Source: Opitutales bacterium
GTDB lineage: Bacteria; Verrucomicrobiota; Verrucomicrobiia; Opitutales; Coraliomargaritaceae
DNA length: 64,000 nucleotides
Reading direction: 5' to 3'
Assembly: GCA_049598495.1 (NCBI GenBank)
Contig: JBMYNR010000005.1
Span: forward strand, 15,618-79,617
Under the pieces are notes generated by a model that was not told where the DNA came from, ran no database searches, and worked only from the letters and a program-made list of their open reading frames with translations. Position 1 is the stretch's first letter. Every line of letters starts with the position of its first letter. Shown here piece by piece: positions 10,205 to 20,195 of the stretch. The position numbers were made by a program, and so were the translations under genes.

Positions 10205-10234
10205 AAAAAGCCGCCCCGTATTGAGGCGGCTTTT
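10205..10234. terminator. Bidirectional intrinsic terminator (sodA and putative ncRNA)
   Basis: AAAAAGCCGCC-CCGTATTGA-GGCGGCTTTT. Confidence 0.85.
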
Positions 10235-10274
10235 GGAAATTAGAGCGATGAAGGTCAATTATTCCGTGCACTCC

Positions 10275-10901
10275 CTAGACTTTTGCAGCTTTGTAATTTT
10301 CTTCGGCTGCGTTCCAGTCGACTACGTTCCAGAATGCTTCGATATACTTCGGGCGAAGGTTCTGATATTTGAGGTAGTAAGCGTGCTCCCAAACGTCGAG
10401 GCCGATGACAGGGGTGCCTTCAACCTCAGCGACGCCGGACATACATGGGCAGTCTTGGTTAGGAGTCGATGTTACCGCAAGCGATCCATCTGCCTTCACG
10501 ACGAGCCATGCCCAACCGGAGCCGAAGCGGGTCGCACCCGCCTTGGCGAATGCTTCCTTAAAGGTGTCGAAGCCACCCAGTTCTGCGTCGATGGCAGCAG
10601 CGAGTTCACCTACGGGTGAACCGCCGCCGTTCGGGCTAAGGATTTTCCAGAAGAAGCTGTGGTTTGCATGCCCACCGCCATTGTTGCGGACCGCGCCTTG
10701 CTTGTCTGCCGGGAGGGCGGAAAGATCACCGATTAGTTCGCAGACGGACTTGCCCTCTAGTTCAGTGCCGGCGATGGCGTTGTTTAGATTCGTGATGTAG
10801 GTATTGTGGTGCTTGCTGTGATGGATTTCCATCGTGCGTGCATCGAAATGTGGTTCCAGCGCATCATAAGCGTAGGGAAGGTCGGGTAGTTCGTGTGCCA
10901 T
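10275..10901 (-). CDS. sodA: Superoxide dismutase, probably Mn-type
   Basis: [28 protein letters not shown] (Mn-type signature), [16 protein letters not shown]. Confidence 0.95.
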   Translation of the reverse strand: MAHELPDLPYAYDALEPHFDARTMEIHHSKHHNTYITNLNNAIAGTELEGKSVCELIGDLSALPADKQGAVRNNGGGHANHSFFWKILSPNGGGSPVGELAAAIDAELGGFDTFKEAFAKAGATRFGSGWAWLVVKADGSLAVTSTPNQDCPCMSGVAEVEGTPVIGLDVWEHAYYLKYQNLRPKYIEAFWNVVDWNAAEENYKAAKV

Positions 10902-10986
10902 AACTTGTGTGATTAGTGATTTTGAGTGAAAGTTGAGGAGTTTGCTTGAATTGACAAGCCGTGTCAAATGGCCGCTTTAAGAATCA

Positions 10987-11508
10987 TCATTTTTGTTTTT
11001 CGAGACGCTTCTTCTCGAAAAAGGCCTTTAATATCTCGTGATTCAAGGCTTCAAGAACACCACCGACGGATTCGAATTTGTGGTTGCTCTCCGGTAGGGA
11101 GCCAAGATCGATGGTCCCGCCAACGCAGCCCATTTTGGGGTCGGATAGCCCGTAGTAGACCTTGCCTATACGTGCAATGACGAGCGCACCTGAGCACATT
11201 GGGCAGGGCTCTTTCGTGACGTAGAGACGGCACTCGTTTAAACGCCAGTCTCCGAGAGCGATGGCGGCCTGCGAAATGGCGAGGATTTCCGCATGGGCGG
11301 TCGGGTCGTTTAATGAGCGTGATTGATTGTGGGCTGTGGCGATGATACGGCCTTCGTGCTCAATGACCGCACCAATTGGGACCTCATCTTTCTTCCATGC
11401 CTCAATGGCCTCGTTGTAGGCGTGGGTCATGTAATAGTCATTATTCCGATTGAGCTCAGAGGGGTGGAGCTTCTCGAAGGGGCACTCAATTGGTTTGCTT
11501 TGTGACAT
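10987..11508 (-). CDS. tadA: tRNA adenosine(34) deaminase
   Basis: EVPIGAV, DPTAHAE, LYVTKEPCPMC, C-terminal LKAFF. Confidence 0.9.
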   Translation of the reverse strand: MSQSKPIECPFEKLHPSELNRNNDYYMTHAYNEAIEAWKKDEVPIGAVIEHEGRIIATAHNQSRSLNDPTAHAEILAISQAAIALGDWRLNECRLYVTKEPCPMCSGALVIARIGKVYYGLSDPKMGCVGGTIDLGSLPESNHKFESVGGVLEALNHEILKAFFEKKRLEKQK

Positions 11509-11584
11509 GACGGAATTGTTGGCAGCGAGTGCTTTCTTGACTTTCAGGGCCAAAGCGATTGTGTCGCCGTTTTTTTAATTATCT

Positions 11585-11866
11585 ATGGCAAAAGCACAAA
11601 GCGAAGAATACGTCGAAGTCGAAGGCAAAATTGTGGCCGTTCTCCCGGGCACCATGTTTCGCGTGGAGTTGGCCAATGGTCACCAGGTACTTGCTCATAT
11701 TTCCGGTAAACTCCGCAAGCACTTCATCAAGATCACCACTGGGGATACCGTGAAGATGGAGATGAGTCCATACGATTTGGATAAGGCTCGAATCGTTTAC
11801 CGCCTCCGTAACGCTCAGGTTCAGCGCAACGCGCCAAAGCGTAGCTATGGCCCGCGTCGCCGCTAA
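11585..11866 (+). CDS. infA: Translation initiation factor IF-1 with a basic C-terminal extension
   Basis: [43 protein letters not shown]. Confidence 0.96.
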   Translation: MAKAQSEEYVEVEGKIVAVLPGTMFRVELANGHQVLAHISGKLRKHFIKITTGDTVKMEMSPYDLDKARIVYRLRNAQVQRNAPKRSYGPRRR

Positions 11867-12047
11867 TCGAATGGCCTCGAGAGTCCCAACTACGAAGGTC
11901 TTCAGACAAAGGGTTGTGAATTCCATTTAGCTGCCAGTAAGGTGGATATGAATGCCATGGCAGGCGCTTGTTAAACGCTTGCTAAACGAAAAGAATCGGG
12001 CTGTTCTATTCGCTCTCTTAAACTTAGCCACATGACTACATCTTGCT

Positions 12048-13007
12048 ATGAGTAAAAAATTCGCCTCCATCACCGACACCGTGGGCAATACCCCACTCGT
12101 AAAAGTCAACCACACCACAGAAGGCCTCGCGGCTGACATCTATCTCAAGTGTGAGTTTTTTAATCCACTTGCCAGTGTGAAGGATCGTATCGGTAAGGCG
12201 ATGATCGAAGCGGCCGAGCGCGACGGTAAGTTGAACGCTAACAGTATCGTTATTGAGCCGACTTCTGGTAATACGGGTATCGCGCTTGCCTTCGTTTGTG
12301 CGGCCAAGGGTTACAAGTTGATTCTGACTATGCCGGAGACCATGTCGGTGGAACGTCGTGTGCTCTTGCGGATGCTGGGTGCCGAGATTGTTTTGACCCC
12401 AGGACCCAAGGGGATGCCAGGTGCTATCGCGCGGGCGGCAGAGCTTGTCGAGGAATACGGTGAGAATGCTTTTATGCCACAACAATTCGAGAATCCGGCC
12501 AACCCGGAGGTCCATCGCCAGACAACGGCGGAAGAGATCTGGGCCGCGACCGATGGGGGGATTGATGCCTTTGTGGCCGGTGTCGGCACTGGCGGAACGA
12601 TCACAGGTGTTTCCGAAGTGATCAAATCGCGCAAAGATCTTTACACTGTGGCGGTTGAGCCAGAGGCAAGCCCGGTTATTTCGGGTGGCCAACCGGGCCC
12701 TCACAAGATCCAGGGGATCGGTGCGGGATTCATCCCGAAGAACTGCAACACGGATATCATCGATGACGTGATTCAGGTTTCCAATGAAGATGCCTTCACC
12801 ACGGCACAGGCGCTCGCAGAGAAAGACGGCATCCTTGGCGGGATCTCGACAGGTGCGAATGTATTTGCGGCCATGCAACTGGCGAAGCGCCCGGAGATGG
12901 CGGGCAAAACGATTGTAACCATTGGCTGCTCGTTCGGTGAGCGTTATTTGTCCACTCCGCTTGCGGAGAAAGCCCGCGAGGAGATGATGGCAGCGACCGC
13001 CAGTTAA
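12048..13007 (+). CDS. cysK: Cysteine synthase A
   Basis: [16 protein letters not shown] (PLP Lys), [28 protein letters not shown]. Confidence 0.97.
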   Translation: MSKKFASITDTVGNTPLVKVNHTTEGLAADIYLKCEFFNPLASVKDRIGKAMIEAAERDGKLNANSIVIEPTSGNTGIALAFVCAAKGYKLILTMPETMSVERRVLLRMLGAEIVLTPGPKGMPGAIARAAELVEEYGENAFMPQQFENPANPEVHRQTTAEEIWAATDGGIDAFVAGVGTGGTITGVSEVIKSRKDLYTVAVEPEASPVISGGQPGPHKIQGIGAGFIPKNCNTDIIDDVIQVSNEDAFTTAQALAEKDGILGGISTGANVFAAMQLAKRPEMAGKTIVTIGCSFGERYLSTPLAEKAREEMMAATAS

Positions 13008-13029
13008 TTAGTTAACGTAGATTTGCTAC

Positions 13030-13062
13030 AAAGCCCCGAATTCTCAGGATTCGGGGCTTTTT
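13030..13062 (+). terminator. Intrinsic terminator after cysK
   Basis: AAAGCCCCGAAT-N7-ATTCGGGGCTTTTT. Confidence 0.9.
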
Positions 13063-13126
13063 GTGTTTGCCTTCTGTTGGTAGAAACGCTGAAAGTTCGG
13101 CCTCTTGTCATACCAACCAGTAAATT

Positions 13127-14101
13127 ATGTCGATCCAATCCAAGTTAATCCTCCCCGGTGCTGTCCTAAGCACTTTCTTTCTCTCCGGCTGCGGTGGAGG
13201 CGTTAGCGATGCCCCCGAAGAAGCGGCGGGTTCTGTGATCCCGGATGAGCCGGCGGCGGCGATCGAGACCATTACCAAAGAGCTGGCCGCCGGTAACGGA
13301 GGTATCCTCTGGGAGGCGATGCCTGTAAGCTACCAAAGTGATGTGAATAAGATCGCCCGGTTGGCAGGCTCAAAAGTCGACGCTGAGATCTACAATAAGG
13401 TCTTTGAGCTGGTTGGGCGTGTCATTGAAGTCGCGGACAAGCAAAAAGAGTTTATCTTCAACGCACAGCTCGGGGGGCCTCAGTCAGAGGAAGAAGTTGG
13501 GAAAATGCGGACCGCATGGCCCTCAGTCGTGGGCTTCCTCCGGACGCTTAAGACCAGTTCTCTGGCAAGCACAGCCGGGCTCCAGGCCTTTGATGGCAAA
13601 TCCTTTTGCGAGGAAACGGTCTCCGAGTTGATCAAATACGCAGAGGATATCTCTACAATCAGTGGCGAGGAGCTGCCGCTCTCGGCCTACAACAATGTCG
13701 TGATCAAAGCGCTCGAGAGCACAGAGACCAGCGCGACGCTGGAGATAACTGCGCCTGATGGTAGTGTCGAGACGGAGGACTTTACCAAGGTGGACAACCG
13801 CTGGGTGCCCGCAGAGATGGCCGGGGAATGGTCCACTTCAATTGCCAATGCCACAGAGCAACTGACAGCGATGGATCCCGAGCAGATGGCCCAGAATAAG
13901 CCGCAGATCATGGGCGTGTTCACGATGATCGACGGCGTTCTTACGCAAATCGAAGTAGCGGAAACTCAAGAGCAGTTTGACCAAGCTATCCAGGGAGCCA
14001 TGATGCCGTTAATGGGCCTTATGATGATGAAGCAGGGAATGGTCGCGCCTTCCCCCGCTCCCGAAATACCTGCTGCGCCGGAACTGCCGGTGGCACCGTA
14101 A
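13127..14101 (+). CDS. Hypothetical lipoprotein
   Basis: Signal peptide ending in lipobox LSGC; acidic helical body; Pro/Ala-rich tail. Confidence 0.75.
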   Translation: MSIQSKLILPGAVLSTFFLSGCGGGVSDAPEEAAGSVIPDEPAAAIETITKELAAGNGGILWEAMPVSYQSDVNKIARLAGSKVDAEIYNKVFELVGRVIEVADKQKEFIFNAQLGGPQSEEEVGKMRTAWPSVVGFLRTLKTSSLASTAGLQAFDGKSFCEETVSELIKYAEDISTISGEELPLSAYNNVVIKALESTETSATLEITAPDGSVETEDFTKVDNRWVPAEMAGEWSTSIANATEQLTAMDPEQMAQNKPQIMGVFTMIDGVLTQIEVAETQEQFDQAIQGAMMPLMGLMMMKQGMVAPSPAPEIPAAPELPVAP

Positions 14102-14122
14102 GCGAGTGCACGAATTCAAACG

Positions 14123-14154
14123 AAGTCGCCTGATTTGATTCAGGCGGCTTTTTT
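14123..14154. terminator. Terminator between convergent lipoprotein and proC genes
   Basis: AAGTCGCCTGA-N6-TCAGGCGGCTT followed by a T run. Confidence 0.8.
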
Positions 14155-14959
14155 ATTGTTTGGCCAGTTCCAGTGACCGCGCTTTGGCGGCGGCAATGGC
14201 GCGGTCGACAAGCGCGCGTAGCCCACCATCCTCAAAGACCTGGAGCGCCGCTGCAGTCGTGCCCCCTGGCGAGGTTACCGCGATGCGTAATTCCTCGGCG
14301 CTCGCATCGCTTTGATTGAGAAGTTTCGCTGCCCCGAGGACCGTGTCATATGCGAGCGCTTTTGAGAGTTCCGGGTTGAGGCCGGCAGCGGTGCCCGCCT
14401 CGCGCAAGGCTGCGGCAAACTCGAAAACGTAAGCGGGCCCGCTGCCACTGAGAGCTGTTACGGCATCCAGGTCGGCTTCCTCGACGAGATGGAAGTTTCC
14501 GAGCGAACAGAGAGTATTGGTGACGATGTTCAGATCGCCATGGTTTAACTCTCTAAGGGGCGAGTAAGCGGTCACCCCAGCGCCGATCTGGCCGGGTGTA
14601 TTTGGCATGGTGCGAACAATGTTGCGTGCCCCGGAAAATTTCTCACGGAGCCGTGATAGCGGTATGCCTGCGAGAATCGAGAGAACTAGTATGTCCTTGG
14701 TCGCAGCGACGAGGGCGTTGTCGAGTCCGTTGAACTGCTGCGGCTTGCATGCCAGCACGACGGCTTCCGCTTCCGCGATTGCCGCTGTAATGTCGGCGAA
14801 ATAGAGAATGCCTGTCTGCTCTGCGAGGGCCGGGCCCGTTGGATCGTCACCACAGGTGCAGGCTATCTCCTTTGGTGCGTAGTAATTTTTTTCAAGGAGG
14901 CCACGGACGATGGCCGATGCCATACGTCCCGCTCCGATGATGACGATTCGAATGCTCAT
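14153..14959 (-). CDS. proC: Pyrroline-5-carboxylate reductase
   Basis: IGAGRMA, LACKPQ, RTMPNTP, ALSGSGPAY, VTSPGGTT. Confidence 0.96.
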   Translation of the reverse strand: MSIRIVIIGAGRMASAIVRGLLEKNYYAPKEIACTCGDDPTGPALAEQTGILYFADITAAIAEAEAVVLACKPQQFNGLDNALVAATKDILVLSILAGIPLSRLREKFSGARNIVRTMPNTPGQIGAGVTAYSPLRELNHGDLNIVTNTLCSLGNFHLVEEADLDAVTALSGSGPAYVFEFAAALREAGTAAGLNPELSKALAYDTVLGAAKLLNQSDASAEELRIAVTSPGGTTAAALQVFEDGGLRALVDRAIAAAKARSLELAKQ

Positions 14960-14965
14960 AGTGGT

Positions 14966-16078
14966 CTAAATGGGGTGTGTTAGGGTTGCGGTGACTCCGC
15001 CATCGGCATGCTCATTGATCTTCAGTTCTCCCTCGAGATTGCGAATCGTGTGCCGAGCAATCGTCAGGCCCATTCCGCGACCGACGGCCGATTTGGTAGT
15101 GATGAATGGTTCGAAGAGCGTATCGGCGACTTCTGCCGGGATACCGCTGCCTTGGTCAGAGACCTGGAGTTCCAGCATGGTGGGGCTCTGTTCAACATCG
15201 ATACGTGCTGACAGTTTGATTGGCCGCGACTCCTGAGAGGTTTCTTCTGTGTAGCTTTCCCAAGCGTTGATGAGAAGCCTGCCGAGGATACTTTCAAAGG
15301 TCTCCGCGTTGGTGGAGATGCGTTCATCATCGGTCAATTCAGTCTCGATCGTGATATTAGCTGGCACCTTATATTCCTCCTTGAAGCGCTCGACACTGTT
15401 TTCCAGGAGATCTTGAATCGTGAGGGCCGTGAGTTCAAGCCGTTCATTATTTGCGATGGTTCCAAGCTGCCGGATAATATTGACCATACGGTTGATGGCG
15501 TGGTCCATCAGTCCGACGTTACGTTGAACCATATCAGGGCTGTCATGTCCGTTCTTTATAAGATCAAGATAGCCAACCACTACACCGAGCAGATTGTTCA
15601 AGTTGTGTGCGATTCCTTGTGTGATGGCACCGATCGCGGCGACCTTGCGTGCATCGCCGAGTCGTTCCTGAAGTTGAAGGTTCTGGCGGAACATCTCCTG
15701 TAGCCGAAGCTGCGTGCGGACCCGTGCGAGGGTTTCGTCGAGATCGATCGGCTTGGTTATGTAGTCAATCGCACCGGCACCGAGACCCTCTAGCTTGCCT
15801 TGTTTACTGGCCTTCGCAGTAATGAAGATGATGGGGATGGTTTCCGTTTCAGGATTGGACTTGAGTCGCTGGCAGGTTTCAATGCCGTCCATTTCCGGCA
15901 TCATGATGTCGAGAAGAATCAAGTCTGGCTTTGCCCTGCTGACGAGTTCCAGGCACTCACGTCCATTGTAAGCGACGTAAATATCCATTCCCTCGCGCTC
16001 CAGTTTGCGCTGGAGGAGCTTAATGTTGATCGGTTGGTCGTCGACGACGAGGATCTTGGGTTGCTGCTTTTTGCTCAA
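14966..16078 (-). CDS. Hybrid response regulator / histidine kinase (REC-HisKA-HATPase, no sensor domain)
   Basis: REC motifs ILVVDD, LLDIMMPEMDG, DYITKP; H-box GIAHNLNN; DQGSGI, FEPFITTK, GRGMGL. Confidence 0.9.
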   Translation of the reverse strand: MSKKQQPKILVVDDQPINIKLLQRKLEREGMDIYVAYNGRECLELVSRAKPDLILLDIMMPEMDGIETCQRLKSNPETETIPIIFITAKASKQGKLEGLGAGAIDYITKPIDLDETLARVRTQLRLQEMFRQNLQLQERLGDARKVAAIGAITQGIAHNLNNLLGVVVGYLDLIKNGHDSPDMVQRNVGLMDHAINRMVNIIRQLGTIANNERLELTALTIQDLLENSVERFKEEYKVPANITIETELTDDERISTNAETFESILGRLLINAWESYTEETSQESRPIKLSARIDVEQSPTMLELQVSDQGSGIPAEVADTLFEPFITTKSAVGRGMGLTIARHTIRNLEGELKINEHADGGVTATLTHPI

Positions 16079-16216
16079 TACGGCTCGCGAATCTGATAGT
16101 TATGCGTCGACGCTGGTTTACGGCTTAGGTAGTCAACCGCGGACAGTAGGGATGATTGACCTGTTGGCAAAACAGAAAAGAGCGTCTTCGAGAAGGAGTT
16201 AAAGCCCGGATACTCT

Positions 16217-16870
16217 CTAGGATGTCTGCTCCGGATGGGAGAATTTTTCGTCGATCACAGCTGTGCGGCTGAGTAGGTCGTGCCCCATTTGCTTGCGTTT
16301 ATTGAAACGTAGGGCGACTAGGGTCGCGATCATACCAATCGGGAAAAAGAGATAGATGGTTAGGGTCTTTAGGCAGCCTCGAACAATGCCGGACATGATG
16401 GACGGGGGACTGAGTGTGACCGTGCTGACGCTCCGGATCCGACAAATTCGTTTGCCTAGTGAGGCACCTTTGAAGAGGGCTTCACTAAACGCGAAGTAGA
16501 CCCAGAAACAGAGCATTTGCAGCTCGTTAGCAAGTGTGATGGCTTCGGCAAGACTTCTGCTGGGTTTAGGCATTACCAAATCGGGATCACTCGGGACGGC
16601 TTTGGCCCAGTCGAGTATCGCGTGACTGTATTCGAGGTATTCGGTGAGGGCTGCGGGATGGGACTGGGGTAGGGCTACCTTCCAAATGATCACCGAACCA
16701 ACGGCAGTGATGAGGATAAAATCAAGAAGGAAGGCCAGCGCCCTGAGTCGGATACTGGCCGGCGGCATAGGGCCATCTTTGGAAAAAACCGAGTTCAGCA
16801 GGCTGTCTGCGCTTGGGATCGCAGCTTTGTTGCCCTGTGGTTCCCGGGATTCATTTTCAGGGGAGCTCAT
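16217..16870 (-). CDS. RDD family membrane protein
   Basis: [33 protein letters not shown]. Confidence 0.85.
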   Translation of the reverse strand: MSSPENESREPQGNKAAIPSADSLLNSVFSKDGPMPPASIRLRALAFLLDFILITAVGSVIIWKVALPQSHPAALTEYLEYSHAILDWAKAVPSDPDLVMPKPSRSLAEAITLANELQMLCFWVYFAFSEALFKGASLGKRICRIRSVSTVTLSPPSIMSGIVRGCLKTLTIYLFFPIGMIATLVALRFNKRKQMGHDLLSRTAVIDEKFSHPEQTS

Positions 16871-17742
16871 GTCGATTGTGCCGCTTTAAAGGCGCGCAAG
16901 GTATTGTGCATGAGCATCGCGACCGTCATGGGGCCGACCCCCCCGGGGACGGGTGTAATGTGTGAGGCTCTTGGCGCGACTGCGTCGAAGTCGACATCGC
17001 CGACAAGTCGGTAGCCACGCTTTTTACTCGCGTCTTCGATACGATTAATCCCGACGTCGATCACGGCGACGCCGTCCTTTACCATATCTTCAGTAACAAA
17101 ATTTGCCCGTCCGATTGCCGCGATGAGCACATCTGCTTGTCGAGTGACGTCCGCTAAGTTTTGTGTGCGCGAGTGGCAGACGGTCACGGTGGCGTTGCCG
17201 GGGATGCCCTTACGCATCATCAGAAGCGCTGAGGGCTTGCCCACAATTTGACTGCGACCCAATACGACGACGTGCTTCCCTTCGGTCTCGATGCCGCTGC
17301 GCTGAATGAGCTCAACAATGCCTGCCGGCGTGCAGGCCACAAAACCGCTGCTGTCCTCCTGGCAGAGTTTGCCAACATTGAGGGTGTTGAATCCGTCCAC
17401 ATCCTTGCCGGGCAGCACTCGGTTGAAGGTCTCGGTTTCATCGATGTGCTTCGGTAGTGGCGCCTGCACCAGAATACCGTTGACATCCGGGTTTGCATTG
17501 AGTGCGTCGATTTGCTCAAAAAGCGCTTCCTTGCTAATGTCTTTCGGAAAGATGTGAAGCTGGCTGCCCATGCCGATGCGCTCGGCGGTCCTCTGCTTCT
17601 TTTTGACGTAGGAAACCGATGCGGGATCCTCCCCAACGCGAACAACCGCGATGACCGGTTTCTTTCCGGGAAGCTGACTCACCTCAGCGGTCAGTTCTTC
17701 GATGATCGATTCTGCAATAGCGTTTCCGTTGATGAGTTCCAT
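16867..17742 (-). CDS. folD: Methylenetetrahydrofolate dehydrogenase/cyclohydrolase
   Basis: [46 protein letters not shown]. Confidence 0.97.
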   Translation of the reverse strand: MELINGNAIAESIIEELTAEVSQLPGKKPVIAVVRVGEDPASVSYVKKKQRTAERIGMGSQLHIFPKDISKEALFEQIDALNANPDVNGILVQAPLPKHIDETETFNRVLPGKDVDGFNTLNVGKLCQEDSSGFVACTPAGIVELIQRSGIETEGKHVVVLGRSQIVGKPSALLMMRKGIPGNATVTVCHSRTQNLADVTRQADVLIAAIGRANFVTEDMVKDGVAVIDVGINRIEDASKKRGYRLVGDVDFDAVAPRASHITPVPGGVGPMTVAMLMHNTLRAFKAAQST

Positions 17743-17802
17743 GCGTCAAAAGAACGCGATGCCTCGCTCACTTGGCAACTCAATTTCGAAAAAGAACGAG
17801 GT

Positions 17803-19014
17803 CTACGGAATGAGAATTCCGGCGATCGCCGCACTTGAGAGGTTGGCGAGGGTGCCTGCCAGCACGGCCTTCAATCCAAGGCGGGCGATCTCCTGACGCC
17901 GCTTGGGAACGAGACTGCCTAAGCCGCCAAGGAGGATGGCGATCGAAGAGAAGTTGGCGAATCCGCAGAGCGCGAAGGTGATGATCGCTTGAGTGCGGGT
18001 GCTGAGGGTCTCTTGAACGGCGCCGAATTCGATGAAGGCCACAAACTCATTGACGACCAGCTTTTGCCCGATGAAGGAACCGCCCAGGGTCGCCTGCTCC
18101 CAGGGGATGCCGAGGAGCCATGCGATCGGGCTGAAGAGCCAGCCCAGAATCATTTGAAGGCTGAGCTCGTCAAACCCGCAAATGCTTCCGCCCCAGTCGA
18201 GGATACCATTGAGCAGTGCAATCAAACCGATGAAGGCAAGGAGCATGGCACCAACGTTAAGCGCGAGCCGTAGCCCATCGGAGGCACCGCCCGCAGCTGC
18301 GTCGAAAACGTTGGCCGGTCTATCCGCAGGGTCTTCTGCCAGTTTGCTGTTGTCAGGGGTCTCGGTCTCCGGGATCAGGAGTTTCGCGAACATCAAGCCC
18401 GCAGGGGCTGCCATGAAGCAGGCGGCCAGCAGAAAGCGTAGCTCAATCCCCATGGCGGCATATCCCGCGAGCACGCTGCCCGCTATGGAAGCGAGGCCAC
18501 CGACCATAACCGCGAAAAACTCGGATTGGGTCATCCTTCCGAGGTAGGGCTTGATGGCGAGGGGTGCCTCGGTTTGGCCAACGAATATATTGGCAGTCGC
18601 ACTGAGGGACTCGGCACGACTCGTGCCGAGAAGCTTGCGGATGCTGCCGCCGATCATCTGCACTATGATCGGCATCACACGGATGTAATAGAGCACCGAA
18701 ATCAGTGATGAGAAGAAAATGATAACAGGTAGAACCTTGAAGGCGAAGATGAAACCGAGATTCTGTGAGGAATCACTCAGGCTGCCGAAGAGAAAGTTGA
18801 TGCCGTCGTCGCCGTAGGCGATGACGGTCCCGACGAGGATGGAGAGTTTCTCGAGGGCAAGCTTGCCCCAAGGTATATAGAGGACGAGAGCGCCGAAGCC
18901 GAATTGGATCGCCATCGCACAAAATATAGTTCGCCAATGAATGTCTTTTCGGGATCTTGAGCAGAGCCACGCAAATGCAATGAGGGCACAGTAACCAAGA
19001 AGACTTATCAACAT
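17803..19014 (-). CDS. nupC: NupC/CNT family Na+(H+)/nucleoside cotransporter
   Basis: [45 protein letters not shown]. Confidence 0.93.
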   Translation of the reverse strand: MLISLLGYCALIAFAWLCSRSRKDIHWRTIFCAMAIQFGFGALVLYIPWGKLALEKLSILVGTVIAYGDDGINFLFGSLSDSSQNLGFIFAFKVLPVIIFFSSLISVLYYIRVMPIIVQMIGGSIRKLLGTSRAESLSATANIFVGQTEAPLAIKPYLGRMTQSEFFAVMVGGLASIAGSVLAGYAAMGIELRFLLAACFMAAPAGLMFAKLLIPETETPDNSKLAEDPADRPANVFDAAAGGASDGLRLALNVGAMLLAFIGLIALLNGILDWGGSICGFDELSLQMILGWLFSPIAWLLGIPWEQATLGGSFIGQKLVVNEFVAFIEFGAVQETLSTRTQAIITFALCGFANFSSIAILLGGLGSLVPKRRQEIARLGLKAVLAGTLANLSSAAIAGILIP

Positions 19015-19131
19015 GGTGCGAGGGTGGTGTGTCGATTGCTCATTGGCAAGCCCGCTCACTCTGCCCACAAGCCCGCATTAACACGATGAAAACGGCGGAT
19101 TTCAGGTGTCGAAAAAAGTGAAATTAAGTAC

Positions 19132-19159
19132 TTGCGCAGAAAAACCGGAAGGCTACTTT
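19132..19159 (+). promoter_or_regulatory. Candidate sigma70-type promoter of the str operon
   Basis: TTGCGC-N16-TACTTT about 35 nt upstream of the rpsL start. Confidence 0.5.
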
Positions 19160-19194
19160 CTCCGTCTTTCTCTAAATCCAGCGATCCAATTTAA

Positions 19195-19569
19195 ATGCCA
19201 ACAATTAACCAACTCGTTCGCAACCCGCGTGTTGTCCAAAAGGAAAAATCGAAGTCCCGTGCTCTGAATAAGAACCCGTTCCGTCGTGGTGTTTGTGTTC
19301 AAGTGATGACTCGTACTCCCAAGAAGCCGAATTCTGCTATCCGTAAGGTAGCGAAGGTTCGTCTGACGAACGGCATCGAAGTGATCGCTTACATACCTGA
19401 TGAGGGACACAATCTTCAAGAGCACAGCATCGTACTTGTTCGCGGTGGTCGTGTGAAGGACCTTCCCGGTGTGCGTTACCACATTGTTCGTGGTACCCTT
19501 GACTGTGTTGGTGTCGAAAAACGTCGCCGCAGCCGCTCCAAGTATGGTGTTAAAAAGCCTAAGGAATAA
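19195..19569 (+). CDS. rpsL: 30S ribosomal protein S12
   Basis: [29 protein letters not shown]. Confidence 0.99.
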   Translation: MPTINQLVRNPRVVQKEKSKSRALNKNPFRRGVCVQVMTRTPKKPNSAIRKVAKVRLTNGIEVIAYIPDEGHNLQEHSIVLVRGGRVKDLPGVRYHIVRGTLDCVGVEKRRRSRSKYGVKKPKE

Positions 19570-19579
19570 GCGATCCCTT

Positions 19580-19614
19580 TTCTAACTTCTGAATTCTAGA
19601 TTCTAACTTCTTTA
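19580..19614. repeat. Five tandem heptamers (TTCT-NNN) between rpsL and rpsG
   Basis: TTCTAAC TTCTGAA TTCTAGA TTCTAAC TTCTTTA. Confidence 0.8.
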
Positions 19615-19618
19615 AAAA

Positions 19619-20092
19619 ATGTCTCGTCGTCGCCAAGCAGTTAAACGTCCGCTTATTCCGGACCCTCGTTATAACAGCACTCTTGTCACTAATCTTGTGA
19701 ACATGATTATGGAGCGTGGTAAGCGCACCGTGGCTCAGCGTATCGTTTACACCGCATTTCAACGTGTGAGTGAAAAGCTCGGCAAAGGCGATCCTGTCGA
19801 TCTTGTGATGGGCGCTCTTGAGAATGCACGTCCCAAGTTGGAGGTAAAGAGCCGCCGCGTCGGTGGTGCGACCTATCAGGTGCCCGTTGAGATTTCCTTT
19901 GAGCGCCAGCAGAGCCTCGCTTTCCGGTGGATGGTTTCAGCAGCCCGCAATCGCAAGGGCGTCCCTATGGACGAAGCATTGGCCGATGAAATCGTTGATG
20001 CCTACAACAACACCGGTGGTGTTGTGAAGAAGAAGGAGGAAACTCACCGTATGGCTCAGGCCAATCGGGCCTTCGCGCATTTGCGATGGTAG
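19619..20092 (+). CDS. rpsG: 30S ribosomal protein S7
   Basis: [30 protein letters not shown]. Confidence 0.99.
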   Translation: MSRRRQAVKRPLIPDPRYNSTLVTNLVNMIMERGKRTVAQRIVYTAFQRVSEKLGKGDPVDLVMGALENARPKLEVKSRRVGGATYQVPVEISFERQQSLAFRWMVSAARNRKGVPMDEALADEIVDAYNNTGGVVKKKEETHRMAQANRAFAHLRW

Positions 20093-20195
20093 CCTCTCTC
20101 TTGCGCTGGCAGTCTTCAACCCGCAGATTGTCCGCGCAGCGACGTGCCTATTAGCGCCGCCGCCCCCTTGTTCTTTTCCAGTCGAATCTCTTTCA

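Noticed and set aside
11867..12047. SAM or other sulfur riboswitch upstream of cysK
   Set aside because: Some hairpins are present but none of the SAM-I/II core motifs; more likely the 3' region of infA plus the cysK promoter.
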